64,000 nt of DNA from Microgenomates group bacterium GW2011_GWC1_46_15 (lineage in GTDB: Bacteria; Patescibacteriota; Microgenomatia; UBA1400; UBA12028): the NCBI GenBank assembly GCA_001002285.1, contig LCLX01000001.1, positions 30 to 64,029 on the forward strand. The letters run 5' to 3'. This document shows positions 30,192 to 40,337 of the stretch, piece after piece (the stretch's first letter is position 1; each line of letters opens with the position of its first letter). Below the pieces are notes generated by a model that had not been told where the DNA came from, did not search any database, and saw only the letters and a program-made list of their open reading frames with translations. Position numbers and translations under genes: made by a program.

Positions 30192-32738
30192 ATGAATCCA
30201 GGATCGGGCTTATCAGGTTTTGAGAGAGGGAGATATTTTGATGCTCCAAAAGATGCTGGTGGCAACGTTATTCAACCCACCGCGTTAAACGAAATTAAAC
30301 TAGATGGCCAGCATCCCTACGTTGCCGTAGATCTTTGGGAACAGTATTCTCTTGATCGGCTTCGAGAAAAAGAATCTTTCATTAGAGAGGCATTAATTTT
30401 ATTAAATGCGGCGAAATCTCATCCAAAAATAACACCAGAAGATTTGGCGGCAATAGAACAGCTATCGAAACGAATTACAGACATTATTGCGAGACTTCCG
30501 GAAAAAGAAAAAGGAACAGACACAATAAAAAAATATTTACTTCGAAGAAAATCAATAGACCAAGTAACCTACGAGAGACTTACAACAACAGAGGCTGGTG
30601 CACGAGCAATTGCGAGAATGCTTATTGACGAAATGCATGTGCAAATAGGGATTATCCAAGACTCAGACAAAATTTATATTAACTCGGATATTGCATCTTG
30701 GAAATTTGAAATACAATCAGGACTAGAAACAGATCTCAAGTCCTTAGGAGAGTCTCTTCAGTCTTTAAGTCCAAGCCACGAAAAAATAGGAGAGCAGTTT
30801 CTCACAGATCTTTTTGCCATTTCGAAGTTAACAAAACTATGTAATGGATTAGAGAGTACACAAAAGAATGCTAAAGGAACGGCGGAGTATCTTGATAGTA
30901 TTAAAGTTCATCTCACAGACGGACAGAAAAAAAGAATAATTGCCATAGCTGGAAAGGAATATTGCGAGAAAGATGGAAGGTATTTAGCGCAGGATGTTCA
31001 TGATGCCTTAGTAATGTATGAGGCTTTATGTGCTCCAGAAATAATGACTATTGAAACGGAAGATGGAACAATTATTCATGGATATCCTGTTAAAACTAAA
31101 TATAATGCATTTCCCCAAAGTATCGCTTCAAATATAGAAATAAGATACGCAATTAGAAGAGCAATAGGTGCGATTCGTGGAGAAAATCCCACAGAACTTG
31201 GGCAATTGGGACGCGACTTGACTGTAGCTCTTGCAGAAAAAGATCCAAAAGAAAAAAGAAGAAAGATAAAAAAACTTTTAGAAGAGAATATTTCTTTTTA
31301 TAAGGAAAAGGCAAAAACAGATGAAAAAGCAAAAATGGACGATGCGGGAACAACAAAACATTCTTGGTTTGCGGAACTAATGGCGATTAATTATCTTGAA
31401 GGAGAAGTATATTCTGCGCATTATGATGCTGGACAAATAAAAAAGGACTCAAGCGGACAACCTATTCTTGGAAGCAGTGGCTATCCAATCATTGATCGCT
31501 TCGGTGGATGCGCCGCAACGTATAAGTTTGCCGTTGTTACTAATGCGGCGGCCGGCATGGCGAAATATAGTATTCCCGGAGAAGCGGAGCGAGGAGACCC
31601 AGGACCACCAATCTTAAGAAATATTTTAGTTGCTCCACTACTTCCATTAGATGAATACCTTTTTATTGAGGAAGGGAAGCGTGGGACAGCGAGCAGATTA
31701 ATGGGAATGACTTTACGTGAAGCAATTTTTAATACAACCTCTGCAGAAGAATTAGAACAGGTTTGGAATAGTTCCGCAGAGAATCTTATTAACGCAGATG
31801 AACAAGTTCAGGGGGCCATACATGAGGGGTGGGCATTTTGGGAGATGATGGTGAAGGGTATGGGAATTAAATTTTCTAAGATTGCCCACGTTGCTGAATG
31901 GTCAGAGGGACTTGACATAGAAATAGATCCATCCATAGAAACCAAATTAAAGGGGGTGTCGAGCGGAATAGAATACTGGCTAATAAGGGATAATATTAGA
32001 AATAAAAATTCTATTCAAAAACTTTTTGTGAAAGAATTTGGATCAGGAACCGATTGGAGAAAAGAATACATAAGATACAAAAAGTTCGAGGCAGTTGTAG
32101 TTGGGATAAAAAGGAGCGGGGGAGATGTTGATTTAGCGGTTCAGCAATTTCAAAGAAATGAAGGATTAACACAAAATATTGTGGACACATACAAAAAAAT
32201 ATACAACGAATTGCGCAAAATTGCCTCACAGGACTTTGATTTGGCGGAGGGTTGGGATAAGGGATCTCCTGGCGAAAATGATGAATATTTTATGAGATTT
32301 TCTGAGCGCGTGTTCACAAGAATTTTTGGTATTGATATAAAACAGACCAAGGAAGGAAAGTATGGAGAATTTGTTAAAGAAATTTTCAAAAATGACGTAA
32401 CTGATTGGATAAGGACAATGAAAAAATTTGTTATAGGGCTTCTTGTTATAGGACAAATACAACTCAATAAAGAGGCAGCAAACATTCAAAAAGATGATGT
32501 GCTCGCTATAAAAGCAATGTTAAATTATGATTTTTGGCACCATGAGCAAGAACGGCTTTCCGTGAAAATAGTGAGAGCGATGCGGGGAATTAGTGGTAAA
32601 ACAATTGAATTTACCGGAGTTGGTCTGTTTGAGCAAGATGAAGTTAATGCAATTATGAAAGATGCCGGAGTTCCGCGTGGAGTCATTGTTGACGCAGAGC
32701 ACGTGTGGAAAAGAGTACAGCAAATCAAACACGGTTAA
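30192..32738 (+). CDS. large hypothetical protein (848 aa)
   Basis: Long A-rich ORF; TAAAAT 6 nt before ATG; no recognisable domain. Confidence 0.75.
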   Translation: MNPGSGLSGFERGRYFDAPKDAGGNVIQPTALNEIKLDGQHPYVAVDLWEQYSLDRLREKESFIREALILLNAAKSHPKITPEDLAAIEQLSKRITDIIARLPEKEKGTDTIKKYLLRRKSIDQVTYERLTTTEAGARAIARMLIDEMHVQIGIIQDSDKIYINSDIASWKFEIQSGLETDLKSLGESLQSLSPSHEKIGEQFLTDLFAISKLTKLCNGLESTQKNAKGTAEYLDSIKVHLTDGQKKRIIAIAGKEYCEKDGRYLAQDVHDALVMYEALCAPEIMTIETEDGTIIHGYPVKTKYNAFPQSIASNIEIRYAIRRAIGAIRGENPTELGQLGRDLTVALAEKDPKEKRRKIKKLLEENISFYKEKAKTDEKAKMDDAGTTKHSWFAELMAINYLEGEVYSAHYDAGQIKKDSSGQPILGSSGYPIIDRFGGCAATYKFAVVTNAAAGMAKYSIPGEAERGDPGPPILRNILVAPLLPLDEYLFIEEGKRGTASRLMGMTLREAIFNTTSAEELEQVWNSSAENLINADEQVQGAIHEGWAFWEMMVKGMGIKFSKIAHVAEWSEGLDIEIDPSIETKLKGVSSGIEYWLIRDNIRNKNSIQKLFVKEFGSGTDWRKEYIRYKKFEAVVVGIKRSGGDVDLAVQQFQRNEGLTQNIVDTYKKIYNELRKIASQDFDLAEGWDKGSPGENDEYFMRFSERVFTRIFGIDIKQTKEGKYGEFVKEIFKNDVTDWIRTMKKFVIGLLVIGQIQLNKEAANIQKDDVLAIKAMLNYDFWHHEQERLSVKIVRAMRGISGKTIEFTGVGLFEQDEVNAIMKDAGVPRGVIVDAEHVWKRVQQIKHG

Positions 32739-32749
32739 TTACTTCTGTC

Positions 32750-34522
32750 TTAAACTGGAAATCCCTCATCACCTTTTACCGATTCGTTCCTACTAGGCTG
32801 GAGATTTGAGATAGTTTCTTTACGCTTCTTTGTTTCAGGTGTCTCTGGCACTTTTTCTGGCGTGAGAACCTGACCAATTTGCTCCGCTATTTTAATATTT
32901 GTAATCTGCTGGTTAGCGAACTTCGCAACTTTATCAACTTGTGGTGCCACGTATTTTATTGTAGCAGGGGCAACAGCCCCAACGCCAGTTCCTATAAGTC
33001 CTCCAGCGAGCATTTTGCCAACACCCTGTCCACGTTGCGAATATGCACCAACAGCTGCCCCCCCAATAGCACCAAGAGAGGAAGTTGCTCCAAGAGAAAG
33101 CGCTTCTGGGAGGATTTTTCCCATTCCTGGTAATGTGGGACCAATTCCAGGGACCAGTTGTCCACCCTTCCATCCTTTACCCAGATTTTCTCCAATCTTC
33201 GGCAACCACTCATCCATCAATCCCTTCGCGCCAAGCCACTTTTTGCTCATCTCAACAGCCTCGGGGATAAGCATGAGAATGCCGAGGGCAATCAGACCAG
33301 ACGCAGCGCCGGAAAATCCATCACCCACTGTAATTTGTGGAGCCTGGAACCCACCGGTATCACCCGCGCGGTATCCAATACTTCCTTTTCCGCTTCCGCC
33401 AAGCGCGAGTGCAAGGAAAATCATCACGATCACAACGGGGAACGGCAATAATGTCGCAGCAAGGTTTTTTATCCATTGCACAAAATCTCCGCCGTCTTTG
33501 AGCGCACCAAGCAGCAACTGGAACGGCGCAAAAATCACCGAAATAATGAATGTTACATAACTTTTCAATAATTCAAAAAAGGTTTTGATGACTGCAAAAA
33601 ACATGGCAACTGCGATAATGACATACCCAACGACACCGACTGATTTTCCAACGATGTTTGATGCAAAATCTCCAGTATTTGCGAAAAGGTTTTCCGCAAT
33701 ATCTCCAATTGCTTTTGCCGCACCACCAACAACACTCCCCTTTACTCCGCTGTCACCGATACCAAAAATAAGACCGAGACCATTTGTTACAATATCTCTT
33801 GATAGTGCGATGTCAATCAATGTAAGATTATCTCCAAACTTCGATGTATCAATCAAATTTGCAAACACCCCCGTGATGAAGTAAATCACAAGATACATGA
33901 TGTCGATCATGAAGCCGGCGATGGCATACGAAAACGTAATCAGTAGCAGCGTAATCACGAGGTTGGGGAGCGCGTTACTAATGGTAATCACGGTTTGGCC
34001 GTGCAAATTCTTGCGGAACATAATCATGAACCCAATCGCGATAAACACGAGGACAAACACAACGTACGAAAGATCGCGGAACGCTTTCCACACAGGCAAG
34101 ATGGGGTTCAAGCTCTTGAATCCGATGCCCTGCGCGTACGCCTGTGAAACAAGCGGAGAGTGTTGAAGAAGATCAGCAAGCCACAACTCGCCACTCGCAG
34201 GCGGGTTTTTAATCATCATCGCGATAGCATTTCCCATCTCAGGGACAACGCCCTTGACAACGTACTGGCCTTTTTCATCTTGCACGCCCAGCAACATTGC
34301 CCCAATGCCGCCAACTTGTGAGCCGGTGGTGTAGAGGGTGGCCGACTCAAGAGGATACGTTCCGGTTCTTGCGCTGTTGATGATGGTTTGGTCAAACGTC
34401 TGTTTCGAGGGGACAGCTTCGGCCTGCGCGTACGCAATGGGGGTGGCAAAAAACACAACAGCAAAAACGCCCAAAAACACCGCAAATATTGCGCAAAAAA
34501 ACCGGCGGCCAAACTTCCTCAT
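32750..34522 (-). CDS. VirB6/TrbL-like polytopic membrane protein
   Basis: Signal peptide, WKAFRDLSY, ALPNLVITLLLITFSYAIAGFMID, multiple TM, Gly-rich tail; locus context. Confidence 0.7.
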   Translation of the reverse strand: MRKFGRRFFCAIFAVFLGVFAVVFFATPIAYAQAEAVPSKQTFDQTIINSARTGTYPLESATLYTTGSQVGGIGAMLLGVQDEKGQYVVKGVVPEMGNAIAMMIKNPPASGELWLADLLQHSPLVSQAYAQGIGFKSLNPILPVWKAFRDLSYVVFVLVFIAIGFMIMFRKNLHGQTVITISNALPNLVITLLLITFSYAIAGFMIDIMYLVIYFITGVFANLIDTSKFGDNLTLIDIALSRDIVTNGLGLIFGIGDSGVKGSVVGGAAKAIGDIAENLFANTGDFASNIVGKSVGVVGYVIIAVAMFFAVIKTFFELLKSYVTFIISVIFAPFQLLLGALKDGGDFVQWIKNLAATLLPFPVVIVMIFLALALGGSGKGSIGYRAGDTGGFQAPQITVGDGFSGAASGLIALGILMLIPEAVEMSKKWLGAKGLMDEWLPKIGENLGKGWKGGQLVPGIGPTLPGMGKILPEALSLGATSSLGAIGGAAVGAYSQRGQGVGKMLAGGLIGTGVGAVAPATIKYVAPQVDKVAKFANQQITNIKIAEQIGQVLTPEKVPETPETKKRKETISNLQPSRNESVKGDEGFPV

Positions 34523-34587
34523 ATGTTTCACATTTTACTGGCATCGTGAAGGGAACGCAACACACCTCTTTCTAGTAAAAAGACATC

Positions 34588-34627
34588 TTGACAAAAATAA
34601 ATCATTGTATATGATGGTCATATACAA
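34588..34627 (+). promoter_or_regulatory. promoter and palindromic operator of the BrnTA pair
   Basis: TTGACA at 34588; perfect IR TTGTATATGA-TGG-TCATATACAA at 34605-34627 over the -10. Confidence 0.75.
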
Positions 34628-34628
34628 C

Positions 34629-34952
34629 ATGAAACCAAAAACAATCCTATTTCCAGAGTTATTACGGTTTGAATGGGATCGGGGAAATGAAAGAAAAAAT
34701 AAAGAGAAACATGGAGTTGAACAAAAAGAATGTGAAGAAATTTTCTTCAACGATCCACTCATTCATCTTGATATTAAACACTCGATTACGGAAACACGCC
34801 TTTTTGCTTTGGGAAAAACACGCGAAGGGAGATATTTGTGCCTTATTTTTACGGTAAGAAAGGAATGTGTGCGGGTGATTTCTGCTCGAGATCAAAGTAA
34901 GGAAGAGCGATCAGCATATACAACACATAAAAGAAAGGGAAAGAAGAGGTAA
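34629..34952 (+). CDS. BrnT family toxin
   Basis: FEWDRGNERKNKEKHGV, HSITETR, RVISARD. Confidence 0.9.
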   Translation: MKPKTILFPELLRFEWDRGNERKNKEKHGVEQKECEEIFFNDPLIHLDIKHSITETRLFALGKTREGRYLCLIFTVRKECVRVISARDQSKEERSAYTTHKRKGKKR

Positions 34953-34957
34953 ATAGT

Positions 34958-35236
34958 ATGAAAAAAATGAAAAAATCTATTCCGGTCTTCAAAAACGAGC
35001 GCGATGAAGCGAGATTTTGGTTGTCGCACGATACGACCCAATATATTGATTGGAGTAACGCCGCGCGCGCCGAGTTTCCCAACCTCAAACCAACCACGAA
35101 AACGATTACGTTGCGCCTTCCCATGATGTTGTTGAACAGCATTAAGAAGTTGGCAAACAAAAAAGACGTGCCGTATCAATCGCTCATGAAGGTGTTTCTT
35201 GATGAAAAAGTCAGAGAAGAAATGCTCACACCATGA
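34958..35236 (+). CDS. BrnA/CopG-like antitoxin
   Basis: IPVFKNERDEARFW, ITLRLP, DVPYQSLMK. Confidence 0.88.
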   Translation: MKKMKKSIPVFKNERDEARFWLSHDTTQYIDWSNAARAEFPNLKPTTKTITLRLPMMLLNSIKKLANKKDVPYQSLMKVFLDEKVREEMLTP

Positions 35237-35248
35237 TAGAATCAGGGC

Positions 35249-38200
35249 ATGCGGCTACGCTCAAAAATTTCTTTTTTCGTCTCCAGGGAACCCTCCACCC
35301 TGAGTTCCTCAAAAAGGAAATATCTCGCATATTGTATTTTTCTCATCATACTTTTTGCTTTTGAAATTTTTGCCACGCTTGCACCGATCAAAGCATTTGC
35401 CGCGGGTAACGTTCTTGGCACACACCTCGCATTTTTTGACCCGGGCAATCAAATTCGCATCCTTCAGTTCATTAAGTCGCTCAAACCACCCGCACAGTAT
35501 CCTATAACCGCGGTTGCGGAAATCAGTTGGGGAGAGGACAGTAATAATTCGCTCACCAGCCTAGTGGCGGAGCTAAACGCAGGGGATTATGCAATTAACC
35601 TTCGTATTGCTGGACTGGCAGCGGACACAACACCAGCTCAGGTGGTCGCGCTCGCACAAAAACTCAATCAAGTTACATGGGTGTATGGCAAACCCATCAT
35701 CATTTTTGGAAACGAAGATAATAATATTGATGTTGAGTGGTATTTTTCTGATCTTAGCGTTGCATCAGCAAAGTACGCCGAGTTATTTACCGCGTTCGCG
35801 GGTGCGTTGGACACATCTAAAATGGATTTGTCTGCCGCGCCAATTCCAGAACACCCCAAATATCCACAAAGCGCGTTTTTAAACGGCGCGGCAACCGTAT
35901 TTAAAAGTCCAAAAATTTCAGCATTTGTATTTAACTTGTACGACAACGGCGCTGGCTCGTTTGAGCCGTCCGGGTGGAGAACTCAGCAAGCCTTTGAGGG
36001 GATTAAGCCTCGCAAAGTATTAACCGAGTTTGGTCCAAACCCGCAAAATCCAGCAGACAATACATATAAAAATTGGTCGGAGTTCCTCAAGAAATATGAA
36101 AATACCCTTCCTGAGGGGTTCCAAACCGCAACGGTGTTAGTCCCGAACTTGTGCGATAAAACGACAACGCTCGCGAATCAGTGGTACTACTACATTCTCG
36201 GCAATTTTTACGACTCAAACCTCAATGAAATTGATGAGTCATGTTCAGCGCAAACGGGAACCGTAATTTTTCCTGGGCCTGACGATATTCTTTCCTCTTG
36301 TGCAGCAACAGGCGGTGGTGCGGCGTGCGAGTCAAAGTTTCAGGAAGTTGCATCAAAGTACATGATGACGTGCTCGCCCGTTATTACGTTTAAGCCGAGC
36401 ATTGATCCCGCAGGCGAGGAAATTAAAATAGGGTCGTTTGTGGGAACGCTTCTTGATTATTGTGCGAACAGGCAGTCGGATAACAACTGTATTTTTGATC
36501 CGGTAAAAAACACGATTGATGTGAATGCGTCTAGTGCGACATTCCCGTATATACGGAGCCAAACTCCTGGCCGCACGGGTAGCCTTGAAGGATTTTTTAC
36601 CACGGATACCCAGCGTACGCGGACCAATGTAAATGATTTTACACAGTACTCACCGCTTTCCAAACTTCAACCAGCGGGATTAACGTGCAAGCAAAATATC
36701 CAACAACTTGAGTCCGTGGAAACGTTGTGCCGCGAGTTTTCTGATCCACTGAAACAAGGAAGAATGGCGGATAACCAACCGTCACTTGTTGAGAAATTCC
36801 GGTCTGCGCTTGGGCTTAAACCTGGCGCTTGCGACCTTAATGCAACAATTGATGGAAAAAAGTACCTCGATATCTTGAAAGATGTGCGGGATACAATGGG
36901 TGGCAATGCACAAAGCTATTGTACTTCTGACACATTTTTACATCCGCAGGCAGATACAGAAACTACATTGGTGAAACTCGTCATGCGGGTACAGCCGGTA
37001 CTCCGTGCGGCATATAAAAAAGCGTACTTTGTTATTTATCTCCAAGCGCCTTCAGAAAATACGGATGCGGCATCAGCATTAATAAGCGCGCTTTTTCACA
37101 CAAAAGACAAAGGTCAGGAGCTTTTCAAAGTCGTTCCCGTGCTCATTCCCGCAACGTTTGGATCACAGAAGGACGACAGCGATATTTACCGCATTGACGG
37201 AACAAAAGTTGAGGGAGCGTCGTTTAACGGAGCATACACACAAACAATTTCTCCACTCTTGAGTGGAAATGCACAAAAGAATATCTCAGATAAACTTATT
37301 GAGGATGAACAAACCATCTTTTCCCAAATGCAGAGATTGGGTGGGTCGGCACCGGGGAATCCTGACTTACTTAATGTTTCTGGATGTGTTCCAGGGCCAG
37401 AAAGTCAAACATCACTTGCATGCCAGTTTGCTTCCCGCGTAAACGCAGGGCTACAAAAACATGAGTTTACAATTCCAAATCAAAAGGGAACGTGCGAGTT
37501 TCACGAAGAAGTTGCTGGTGGGCAAACTGCACAGGTTTTAAACACGCCGGTTAAAGCAGGATTTTTAGACACCATTCTTGCATTTTTCTCCTCACTCTTT
37601 GAACCACAAAAGTCCGACATAAGTGTTACGGGAAATATTAACGCAGGAAAACTTGACGAGATTTCGGAAGAACAGGCAAAACTCCGCGTCTTTTTGCTTA
37701 TTCCACGCTCAGAATTCGGCCTTATTAAATACACGGAAAAAGCATTATACCAGGCGATTGTTCCGGATGCGGCGTCACAAAAAGTTTTTACGGAAGTAAA
37801 AGAGGGAAAGATTTTAGACACGAATGAGTTTTTACGGACACAGGGAGTGATGTTGAATGAACAGGGTGGCGCAAAACGTTCGTATTTAACAAACGCATCA
37901 CCCGCGCCCGTTATTCCTCCCGCAACACCTGTGCCGATCACGACAGAACTGACCGCGTCGTTCAAGCCCCAAGGAGACGCAAACCCGCTTCTGTATGGAG
38001 GGTGGTTAGCGCGCATGATTCACTCGTTTACCGCAAACGTGCTTGCTCCCGTAGCCTCAACAATTTATGATGCCAGCTACGAAACAACGAAAGGTTTAGA
38101 GAACTATTGGTTAAGGGGGGGGAAAGGAATGGGTTTGAACTACGGCAAGGAAATTACCTCATGCGATGGATACCGTCAGCAAACAACGATGATGCCCAAC

Positions 38201-38710
38201 ATTGCTGGAGTGAAACAGCAAATTTGTGACGTTGCCACAAAATATAACATTCCATATCAAGTGCTTTGGGGAACGTTTAAGATCGAAGGAGGGCGCGCGA
38301 GATCACGTGCATATAATGGCGGCGGGACGGTTGCTTGCAGCGTGAACTCTGTTGGAGCGGTTGGACCATTGCAGCATCTCGAAGATATCTGTCGCCCCGG
38401 CCAGATATCGCAGGAAAATGAAGCTCAAGGGAAAAATGTATGCGATTTTAATATTGGACTGGACGTAACGGCGCAAATTTATAAACGCTTTACCAATGAT
38501 CCGAATTATCAATATGCAGACGGGAAACCAAATTGGTATTGGATAACGGGGGAGTATAACATGGGTGGTAAAGTAACAGGATTTGGGCCCAAGTGCGAAG
38601 GTGCGCCAGCGACCGACGGATGTAATGGAGCAAACTATTGCGTCTGTGCAATAGAAACATTTGCAGATGAGATTTCTTGTCCCAATGCTCCGGAATTACT
38701 GAATATATAA
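35249..38710 (+). CDS. large exported protein: GH-A-like TIM barrel plus C-terminal lytic transglycosylase-like domain
   Basis: Signal/TM then IIFGNEDN and VLTEFGP; C-terminal ATKYNIP...KIEGG, GAVGPLQ, GEYN. Confidence 0.6.
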   Translation: MRLRSKISFFVSREPSTLSSSKRKYLAYCIFLIILFAFEIFATLAPIKAFAAGNVLGTHLAFFDPGNQIRILQFIKSLKPPAQYPITAVAEISWGEDSNNSLTSLVAELNAGDYAINLRIAGLAADTTPAQVVALAQKLNQVTWVYGKPIIIFGNEDNNIDVEWYFSDLSVASAKYAELFTAFAGALDTSKMDLSAAPIPEHPKYPQSAFLNGAATVFKSPKISAFVFNLYDNGAGSFEPSGWRTQQAFEGIKPRKVLTEFGPNPQNPADNTYKNWSEFLKKYENTLPEGFQTATVLVPNLCDKTTTLANQWYYYILGNFYDSNLNEIDESCSAQTGTVIFPGPDDILSSCAATGGGAACESKFQEVASKYMMTCSPVITFKPSIDPAGEEIKIGSFVGTLLDYCANRQSDNNCIFDPVKNTIDVNASSATFPYIRSQTPGRTGSLEGFFTTDTQRTRTNVNDFTQYSPLSKLQPAGLTCKQNIQQLESVETLCREFSDPLKQGRMADNQPSLVEKFRSALGLKPGACDLNATIDGKKYLDILKDVRDTMGGNAQSYCTSDTFLHPQADTETTLVKLVMRVQPVLRAAYKKAYFVIYLQAPSENTDAASALISALFHTKDKGQELFKVVPVLIPATFGSQKDDSDIYRIDGTKVEGASFNGAYTQTISPLLSGNAQKNISDKLIEDEQTIFSQMQRLGGSAPGNPDLLNVSGCVPGPESQTSLACQFASRVNAGLQKHEFTIPNQKGTCEFHEEVAGGQTAQVLNTPVKAGFLDTILAFFSSLFEPQKSDISVTGNINAGKLDEISEEQAKLRVFLLIPRSEFGLIKYTEKALYQAIVPDAASQKVFTEVKEGKILDTNEFLRTQGVMLNEQGGAKRSYLTNASPAPVIPPATPVPITTELTASFKPQGDANPLLYGGWLARMIHSFTANVLAPVASTIYDASYETTKGLENYWLRGGKGMGLNYGKEITSCDGYRQQTTMMPNIAGVKQQICDVATKYNIPYQVLWGTFKIEGGRARSRAYNGGGTVACSVNSVGAVGPLQHLEDICRPGQISQENEAQGKNVCDFNIGLDVTAQIYKRFTNDPNYQYADGKPNWYWITGEYNMGGKVTGFGPKCEGAPATDGCNGANYCVCAIETFADEISCPNAPELLNI

Positions 38711-38714
38711 ACAC

Positions 38715-39149
38715 TTACGGTTGCACGATCCTAAAAATCGTGATTTTTTCACCTACCCCCGTGAACACACTAATAAAGTTAATAATAATCCAACCGAGAA
38801 GGGCAACGACAATACCGGTAATGGCCATCGTAAGCGTTTTCTTTGCCGCATCAGTTGATTTTGGATTTCCACCAGAGGTGAGATACAAAAACGAACCAAT
38901 CAGCAACATCACAAACGCGGCAATGCCAATTGCGGTCATTGCAATACCAAGAATGTTTTGAACGACACACTCAGCGCCTTGTAGCGTGGCAACATCAGCG
39001 GTTCCTTCCGGAACTGTTTCAGTAGAGACACATCCGGACTGGATATCTTTCCATGACTTTGTTACTTGGGCGTGTGCCGGAGTTGGAGATGCTAAAACAG
39101 TGGCGAAGCAAAATACTGCAACAACGGAAGAAAAAAGAAACTTTCTCAT
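38715..39149 (-). CDS. VirB2/TrbC-like T4SS pilin
   Basis: Signal peptide ending AHAQ; two TM joined by YLTSGGNPK...AKKTLTMAITG. Confidence 0.8.
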   Translation of the reverse strand: MRKFLFSSVVAVFCFATVLASPTPAHAQVTKSWKDIQSGCVSTETVPEGTADVATLQGAECVVQNILGIAMTAIGIAAFVMLLIGSFLYLTSGGNPKSTDAAKKTLTMAITGIVVALLGWIIINFISVFTGVGEKITIFRIVQP

Positions 39150-39173
39150 GGGGTCAATTGTAGCATACACGAA

Positions 39174-39201
39174 AACCAAAAGACCTCCCTTGCGGGAGGC
39201 C
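39174..39201 (-). terminator. intrinsic terminator after pilin 39258-39593
   Basis: Minus strand CCTCCC-GCAA-GGGAGG-TCTTTT. Confidence 0.75.
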
Positions 39202-39257
39202 TTCCAATTTCAAATCCCCTTTCAGAGGATTCTCTCTGTACACGGAAAAATTAAATT

Positions 39258-39593
39258 TTAGTACAACGGTTTAATGTTACTCAGATTGAAAATATCAATG
39301 CCGAACAAGAACGCGACAACCTGCATAAGCGCGTAGGACGCTGCAACAATGGCAAGGCCAACAAGCGCCGCGGTGATTTTTCCTCGAGCTGCTTCTGTCT
39401 TTCCCTTATCTCCGCCGGAAGTAATCCACTCAATGCCTCCGAGCACGAGATATGCGAACACGAGAATCGCGGCAACAATCAATGCGATTCCAAGGACGCG
39501 GGAAAACAACAAACCCAGATCAGTAATCAAAAACCCATTAGCCCTTGGGTCAATTGTAATAGGTGGCTTTGCCTGTGCAATCAACGCGAACAT
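39258..39593 (-). CDS. VirB2/TrbC-like T4SS pilin (candidate major pilin)
   Basis: WITSGGDKGKTEAARGKITAALVG; SD AAAGGAGG; own TACAAT promoter. Confidence 0.85.
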   Translation of the reverse strand: MFALIAQAKPPITIDPRANGFLITDLGLLFSRVLGIALIVAAILVFAYLVLGGIEWITSGGDKGKTEAARGKITAALVGLAIVAASYALMQVVAFLFGIDIFNLSNIKPLY

Positions 39594-39637
39594 ATTCCTC
39601 CTTTATTCACACGTATACCTGTATTGTACGGCGTGTT

Positions 39638-39949
39638 TTATAGTTTGACAATATCAATCCCAAACAGATACTGCAAGAGCCCAAAAAATGCAAACGATGC
39701 TGCGGTAATTGTTAACCCAATGATAGCGTTCGTGATGTCCTGGCGCGCGGCATCGAGTTTTCCTTTGTCTCCGCCGGCCGTTGTCCACTTTAGGCCGCCA
39801 AGAACGAGAAATGCAAACGTCGCAATGCCAGCCAATATTAAGCCAAAACCAGCAAATCTTCCAATAAATATACCCAAATCAAACTGCGTGTTCGGTGAAA
39901 CTTTTGCGAGTTCACCCCCGATGTCTACCGTTGCTTGAAAAAGTGTCAT
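39638..39949 (-). CDS. VirB2/TrbC-like T4SS pilin
   Basis: WTTAGGDKGKLDAARQDITNAIIG. Confidence 0.82.
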   Translation of the reverse strand: MTLFQATVDIGGELAKVSPNTQFDLGIFIGRFAGFGLILAGIATFAFLVLGGLKWTTAGGDKGKLDAARQDITNAIIGLTITAASFAFFGLLQYLFGIDIVKL

Positions 39950-39983
39950 AAAAGTTTCTTTCTATTTTGTCGTTCCACCATTA

Positions 39984-40337
39984 TTAATTAAGCACACTAA
40001 AATCTGGCTTCAATAAATTAATGCCAAGCGGCCCACTCAGGAATGTGCTGATTGCCGCGACAGAACTCAACACAACAAATCCGATAACCGCTTGAATGAT
40101 GCGCTCTTTTGCTTGCTCAATCTTTCCTTTTTCTCCACCCGCGGTAATCCAGTAGAATCCGCCAACGAGAAGATACAAAATAATGCCGAGACCACCCACA
40201 ATAATGGCGGTCTGCCAGAGGACAGCAATATATTTTGCCAGTACGCCAGCTGCCGCGGCTGGAGTACTTGCATTCGACACATCGCCCGGTAACGCGGGGT
40301 TTGTAATTTGCGTGACAAGTGTTGACAAAATTATCAT
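39984..40337 (-). CDS. VirB2/TrbC-like T4SS pilin
   Basis: WITAGGEKGKIEQAKERIIQAVIG. Confidence 0.82.
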   Translation of the reverse strand: MIILSTLVTQITNPALPGDVSNASTPAAAAGVLAKYIAVLWQTAIIVGGLGIILYLLVGGFYWITAGGEKGKIEQAKERIIQAVIGFVVLSSVAAISTFLSGPLGINLLKPDFSVLN

